DNA of 64,000 nucleotides from a virus: the IMG/VR virus record IMGVR_UViG_3300009702_000018, positions 39,046 to 103,045 of that record, one strand, 5' to 3'. Numbering within the stretch: position 1 is the first letter of the stretch; each line of letters starts with the position of its first letter. Positions 59,683-64,000 of this stretch are shown piece by piece. A program made the position numbers and the translations under genes. The notes under the pieces were generated by a model. The model did not search any database. It saw nothing but the letters and a program-made list of their open reading frames with translations, and was not told where the DNA came from.

Positions 59683-60015
59683 ATGAAAATTACCTTAAAA
59701 AGAAAAATTTCACACAAAGACTATTTAAAATTTTATATAAACAAAAGCCACTTTGAAATGGGAATAAGCTCTTATAATTTGGATATAGATTTATATATAG
59801 ACAAAGAAAATGAATGGTATATGGCAAAAGCATATATTCCTGATGATGACATCATAGATATTATATCCGATCAAGAATTTCCAACAAGAATAGACATTAA
59901 TTGGTATAATATAGTAAGTATAGAAGAAACAAAAGTAAAGAAATTTACAACAATCTTGGATGAAGAATATGGCATACAACTAATAATTCACCGCAAGACA
60001 GATTTTGATTATTAG
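59683..60015 (+). CDS. Family B' paralog
   Basis: Highly similar to the next ORF (NKS.FEM.ISS..LDIDLY, PDDDII, FPT.I..WYNI). Confidence 0.8.
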   Translation: MKITLKRKISHKDYLKFYINKSHFEMGISSYNLDIDLYIDKENEWYMAKAYIPDDDIIDIISDQEFPTRIDINWYNIVSIEETKVKKFTTILDEEYGIQLIIHRKTDFDY

Positions 60016-60031
60016 AAAGGATGTTATTAAA

Positions 60032-60379
60032 ATGAAAATTACCTTACAAAGAAAAACGACATACAAGGATGATTTAATATTCTATATGAATAAAAGTAAT
60101 TTTGAAATGGTAATAAGTTCATGTGATTTGGATATAGATTTATATATGAATGATGAATATGAATGGTTTATAGAACACGCATATTATCCTGATGATGACA
60201 TTATCGAAACAATATCCGATAATGATTTTCCAACAACAATCGTTGTTCATTGGTATAATATAGAAGATATGGACGAAGAAGTGATAAAAGAACTAATAGC
60301 AATATTGGATCAAAAATATGGAATAAAAGTAATCATTCATAGCAAGACAGGTTTTTATTCCGCAGAAGGGACATTCTAA
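60032..60379 (+). CDS. Family B' paralog
   Basis: Start MKITLQRK after AAAGGA. Confidence 0.8.
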   Translation: MKITLQRKTTYKDDLIFYMNKSNFEMVISSCDLDIDLYMNDEYEWFIEHAYYPDDDIIETISDNDFPTTIVVHWYNIEDMDEEVIKELIAILDQKYGIKVIIHSKTGFYSAEGTF

Positions 60380-60380
60380 A

Positions 60381-60695
60381 ATGAGAATTAGATTAGGTAA
60401 CAAAACAAAACCAGATATTGTCTTTTTCAGAGATGTATTATATAATCAATATGTTATCCAATCTCGTGATTATGGTATAGATATATATAAAGGATTAGAT
60501 TGGACATCATCAGAACCTTGGGCAGTAAATAATTCTCATGATACCGAAGAAAAATATAAAAAACCACTCGTCCCACAATCTCTTCCTAAAAAAATATTTA
60601 TTAATCCATACGATGAATATAAGGATTTACATTATTTTTTAAGAGAATTATACGAAATTTATCAAATAAAAGTAGAGGTTCAATATGAAGATTAA
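60381..60695 (+). CDS. Family B paralog
   Basis: DIVFF...I.S..Y.IDIY...W...PW...FL.ELY..Y.I. Confidence 0.8.
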   Translation: MRIRLGNKTKPDIVFFRDVLYNQYVIQSRDYGIDIYKGLDWTSSEPWAVNNSHDTEEKYKKPLVPQSLPKKIFINPYDEYKDLHYFLRELYEIYQIKVEVQYED

Positions 60696-61005
60696 ATTGG
60701 ATAACTATATAAAATCGGATGCTATATTTTTTAGAGATGCAAATCAGTTGGTAATTCAATCCTCTAAATATAATATAGATATATATAGGATAAATTATTG
60801 GGATAGAACAAAATCTTGGCAGATATGCGAAAAAATAAAAACTCCAATTAATCAAAGAAAAGAATTGGACGCAAAAACAATTTCCTATATTAATGTTTAT
60901 CGACCTCGCACTCTTCAAATTATATCAAGAGAAAAATTGGAGATGTTTTTAAAGGAACTATATAATACTTATAAAATACGAGGAGAAATAATCAATGAAT
61001 ATTAA
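60685..61005 (+). CDS. Family B paralog
   Basis: Same motif set. Confidence 0.8.
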   Translation: MKIKLDNYIKSDAIFFRDANQLVIQSSKYNIDIYRINYWDRTKSWQICEKIKTPINQRKELDAKTISYINVYRPRTLQIISREKLEMFLKELYNTYKIRGEIINEY

Positions 61006-61330
61006 ATTGACTAACAAACCAAAATCAGATATTACCTTTTTCTTTGATATGTTATTAAATGAATTTGTTATAAATTCTCCTAAATATAAAATAGATATAT
61101 ATAGAGGCATTGATTGGTCAGAATCAAAGCCTTGGCATGTTTGCAATCAAATGCCCGTTGAATTAAAATATAAAGGAGAATTATATGCAAAAGATATAAG
61201 TTCCTATATTGATATTTTATATACTCACAATGAATTAGTAGTGGAAGATGATTTGGACATGTTTTTGGATGAATTATATCGAAACTATAATATTGAAGGA
61301 GTGCTAACAGATGAAGATTACATTGAATAA
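60995..61330 (+). CDS. Family B paralog
   Basis: Same motif set. Confidence 0.8.
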   Translation: MNIKLTNKPKSDITFFFDMLLNEFVINSPKYKIDIYRGIDWSESKPWHVCNQMPVELKYKGELYAKDISSYIDILYTHNELVVEDDLDMFLDELYRNYNIEGVLTDEDYIE

Positions 61331-61634
61331 TAAGGTAAAATCAAATGCTATTTTTTTTGTGGATAGAGCTTATAATAATTTTGTCATTTATTCTCCTAAA
61401 TATGAAATAGAGATATATAGAAATTTAGATTGGAATATGTCAGACCCTTGGATAGCATGTCGCAATATTAAAATTGATGAGGATAATATACTAATTTTTA
61501 CACCACATTTTATTTCCAACGATAGAAATATATTTGTCCGATCTCATATTCCAAAAGAAAAATTACGATATTTTTTACAAGAACTACACGATACCTATAA
61601 TATTGAATATCAAATATATGGAGATAAAAAATGA
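61311..61634 (+). CDS. Family B paralog
   Basis: Same motif set. Confidence 0.8.
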   Translation: MKITLNNKVKSNAIFFVDRAYNNFVIYSPKYEIEIYRNLDWNMSDPWIACRNIKIDEDNILIFTPHFISNDRNIFVRSHIPKEKLRYFLQELHDTYNIEYQIYGDKK

Positions 61635-61951
61635 AAATTATATTAGGGAATCAACCAAAATCAGATATTGTATTTTTTAAAGATACTATATTGGAACAAC
61701 TTGTCATAAACTCACCTAAATATAAATTAGACATATATAGAAATATGGAATGGGAAGAATCAGCCCCTTGGAAAGTAAATATTGCAGGTGTAACTGCTAA
61801 AAAAGATAGAAAACCATTAGACCCAAAATCAATATCCAAACATATATTTATAAAACCTCATTTTTCTAACCATTTAGCTTTTCCCATAGAAAGATTAGAA
61901 AACTTTCTAAAGGACTTATATGAAGATTATCAAATAATAGGAGAAATATAA
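61631..61951 (+). CDS. Family B paralog
   Basis: Same motif set. Confidence 0.8.
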   Translation: MKIILGNQPKSDIVFFKDTILEQLVINSPKYKLDIYRNMEWEESAPWKVNIAGVTAKKDRKPLDPKSISKHIFIKPHFSNHLAFPIERLENFLKDLYEDYQIIGEI

Positions 61952-61952
61952 A

Positions 61953-62261
61953 ATGAAAATAAAATTGGCACAAAAAGCAAAAACAGATATTGTATTTTAT
62001 TTGGAAAAATTGCAAAATCTAATTATTATCTATTCTCCTTCATATGAGATAGTTATGTATAAAGAATTATATAAGGACGAATTATATCCATGGAAGGCAT
62101 ATTCATTCGGTGATATTACTAATATAGGTAAAGAATTATTGACTCCTCGATCAATTCCAAGATACATATATATTAAAGAATATGGTAAATTAAAAAAATT
62201 ACAAGATTTTTTAAAGGAACTATATCTAAATTATCAAATAGTAGGGATAATGGTAAAATGA
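61953..62261 (+). CDS. Family B paralog
   Basis: Same motif set. Confidence 0.8.
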   Translation: MKIKLAQKAKTDIVFYLEKLQNLIIIYSPSYEIVMYKELYKDELYPWKAYSFGDITNIGKELLTPRSIPRYIYIKEYGKLKKLQDFLKELYLNYQIVGIMVK

Positions 62262-62566
62262 AAATTACATTAGGAAATAAAATAAATATTACCTTTTTTA
62301 TAAATACATTAACAAGAGAAATTATTATCCATTCTGAAAGATACGGAATAAATATATATAGAAAAATAATTTGGCATAGATTAGAACCTTGGGTAGCATA
62401 TCGAGGAAATATCTATATCAACAAAAATATAAAGACAATACATCCATTATTGATTCACAAACATATATTTGTTAAACCATCGTCAGATGATCCATTAAAA
62501 AACTTACCACATTTTTTAAAAGAACTATCTGAACAATATGACATATCAGGAGAAATAATAAAATGA
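62258..62566 (+). CDS. Family B paralog
   Basis: Same motif set. Confidence 0.8.
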   Translation: MKITLGNKINITFFINTLTREIIIHSERYGINIYRKIIWHRLEPWVAYRGNIYINKNIKTIHPLLIHKHIFVKPSSDDPLKNLPHFLKELSEQYDISGEIIK

Positions 62567-62871
62567 AGATTACATTAAAGGAAAAGAAACAATCGGATAT
62601 TATATTCCGTATGAATAGGCTACAAAGACGATTTATTATTTATTCAAATAAATATGGAATAATTATACACAGAAATATAAATTGGACAAAATCAAACCCT
62701 TGGATAGCATATCCAGCAAAGAAGATTATTGGAAAAAATATAGAATCATTAAATCCAGAATTAATACATAATCATATATTTATTAAATCCTATGCCTCAT
62801 GGGAGAACAATTTAAAACCTTTTTTACAAGAACTACACAAATACTATCATATCTTAGGAGATTTGGTATAA
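62563..62871 (+). CDS. Family B paralog
   Basis: Same motif set. Confidence 0.8.
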   Translation: MKITLKEKKQSDIIFRMNRLQRRFIIYSNKYGIIIHRNINWTKSNPWIAYPAKKIIGKNIESLNPELIHNHIFIKSYASWENNLKPFLQELHKYYHILGDLV

Positions 62872-63137
62872 TAGTAATCACAAAATCAATTTCCTCTTCT
62901 AAAAAATAAAAACCTAAATCAAATAATTCTTTGTATCTCTTCTGGTTACAGAGGAGGTTTTTATAGTAACTATTACACATTGGTTATTGCACGATAATAT
63001 ATCCAATGTTAATGTGAAATAATTGGTTTACTATTCCATACTTATTTTTACCATTACGAATACCTCGGTTAAGGTTATATTTATTCTTTAAAAACCCCAC
63101 CTTATATATCTAACCTATTTCTTTCCCCCACAACGGT

Positions 63138-63155
63138 TTGTGAAATTTTTCACAA
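63138..63155. promoter_or_regulatory. Ninth TTGTGAA-N4-TTCACAA box, at the far end of the early region
   Basis: TTGTGAAATTTTTCACAA. Confidence 0.7.
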
Positions 63156-63230
63156 AGTCTATTTCCGCAGTGTTGTGTTTTGTCTCTAAAAATGCCATAT
63201 AACAAATTCCAAAAAAGCTGCGGTCCAAAC

Positions 63231-63563
63231 CTATTTTTTTCCTTTAAAAAACTTATCTTGAATTATTTCTTTTAAAACTGATTTAGGTAAAGCTCCAGAA
63301 TAAAAAGCCACTACTTCTCCCTTTTTAAAAAATATTAAACTAGGTATGGATATTATATTATATTTTGAAGTAGTTTTATTATTGGAATCAACATTAAGTT
63401 TGACAATTTTTATCTTCTTTTTATATTCTTTTTCTAATTCTTCTAAAATTGGAGTAATCATTTTACAGGGAGCACACCAATTTGCCCAAAAATCTACAAT
63501 TACTGGCACTTCTGACAAAAGAACTTCTTTTTCAAAAGTTTTGTCCGTTATACTTTTAATCAT
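63231..63563 (-). CDS. trxA: Thioredoxin
   Basis: VDFWANWCAPCK, SIPSL.FFK.G. Confidence 0.95.
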   Translation of the reverse strand: MIKSITDKTFEKEVLLSEVPVIVDFWANWCAPCKMITPILEELEKEYKKKIKIVKLNVDSNNKTTSKYNIISIPSLIFFKKGEVVAFYSGALPKSVLKEIIQDKFFKGKK

Positions 63564-63780
63564 TCTTTATTTTCCTCTATTTTTTTAATAAAGCAATATT
63601 ACAAACCATTTTTTTTTAACAGAAAGATCTAATCTTTCCGAATACAACCCAATTCATACTTATATGTAATTTTTTCCTTATAATTATCGATAAAAATAAA
63701 AAAAAAGTAAAAAATTATTATTTTTTTATATTTAAATATATTATTATATTATTATTCTAGATTATGTTATAGGTTCCAAT

Positions 63781-63858
63781 CTAGATCCCTAGTCTAGATC
63801 CCTAGTCTAGATCCCTAGTCTAGATCCCTAGTCTAGATCCCTAGTCTAGATCCCTATT
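63781..63858. repeat. 13-bp tandem repeat CTAGATCCCTAGT x6 (last copy variant)
   Basis: Direct reading. Confidence 0.95.
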
Positions 63859-63862
63859 CTAG

Positions 63863-64000
<138 letters not shown>

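Noticed and set aside
47249-62871. Paralog arrays as products of a diversity-generating retroelement or integron
   Set aside because: No reverse transcriptase, no TR/VR pair with adenine-specific differences, no integrase or attC structure.

Overview
This 64 kb AT-rich window is part of a tailed dsDNA phage genome, probably siphovirus-like (tape measure and tail tube present, no sheath gene recognised). No integrase or endolysin is visible. The left arm (1-42 kb, mostly minus strand) runs from tail hub, tape measure, tail tube and neck genes, through head-associated fibre/propeller proteins, major capsid, an HNH-protease-scaffold fusion, portal and terminase. It continues into a DNA/nucleotide metabolism block: beta-clamp, HNH, DUF5664 dNTP diphosphohydrolase, HD protein, class II RNR, metallophosphoesterase, two glycosyltransferases, a beta-barrel OMP, a dockerin protein, RecA and peptide deformylase. 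The right arm (42-63 kb, plus strand) is an early/host-takeover region. It carries about 13 TTGACA-N17-(G/T)ATATT promoters, repeated promoter-ORF-terminator cassettes, nine TTGTGAA-N4-TTCACA(A/T) boxes matching the Rex/CRP operator consensus, and a strand-polarised TTACGAnTRCYT motif. It also has two large arrays of paralogous small genes sharing an M-x-I-x-L N-terminus, sigma-like factors and a RuvB-like ATPase. The top candidate system is a complete phage-encoded ubiquitin-like conjugation operon (Ubl, E2-like, unknown, JAB, E1/ThiF, unknown; 54.3-58.1 kb) with its own promoter. The window ends in AT-rich DNA and CTAG-rich tandem repeats. All family assignments are by motif recognition only; no searches were run.
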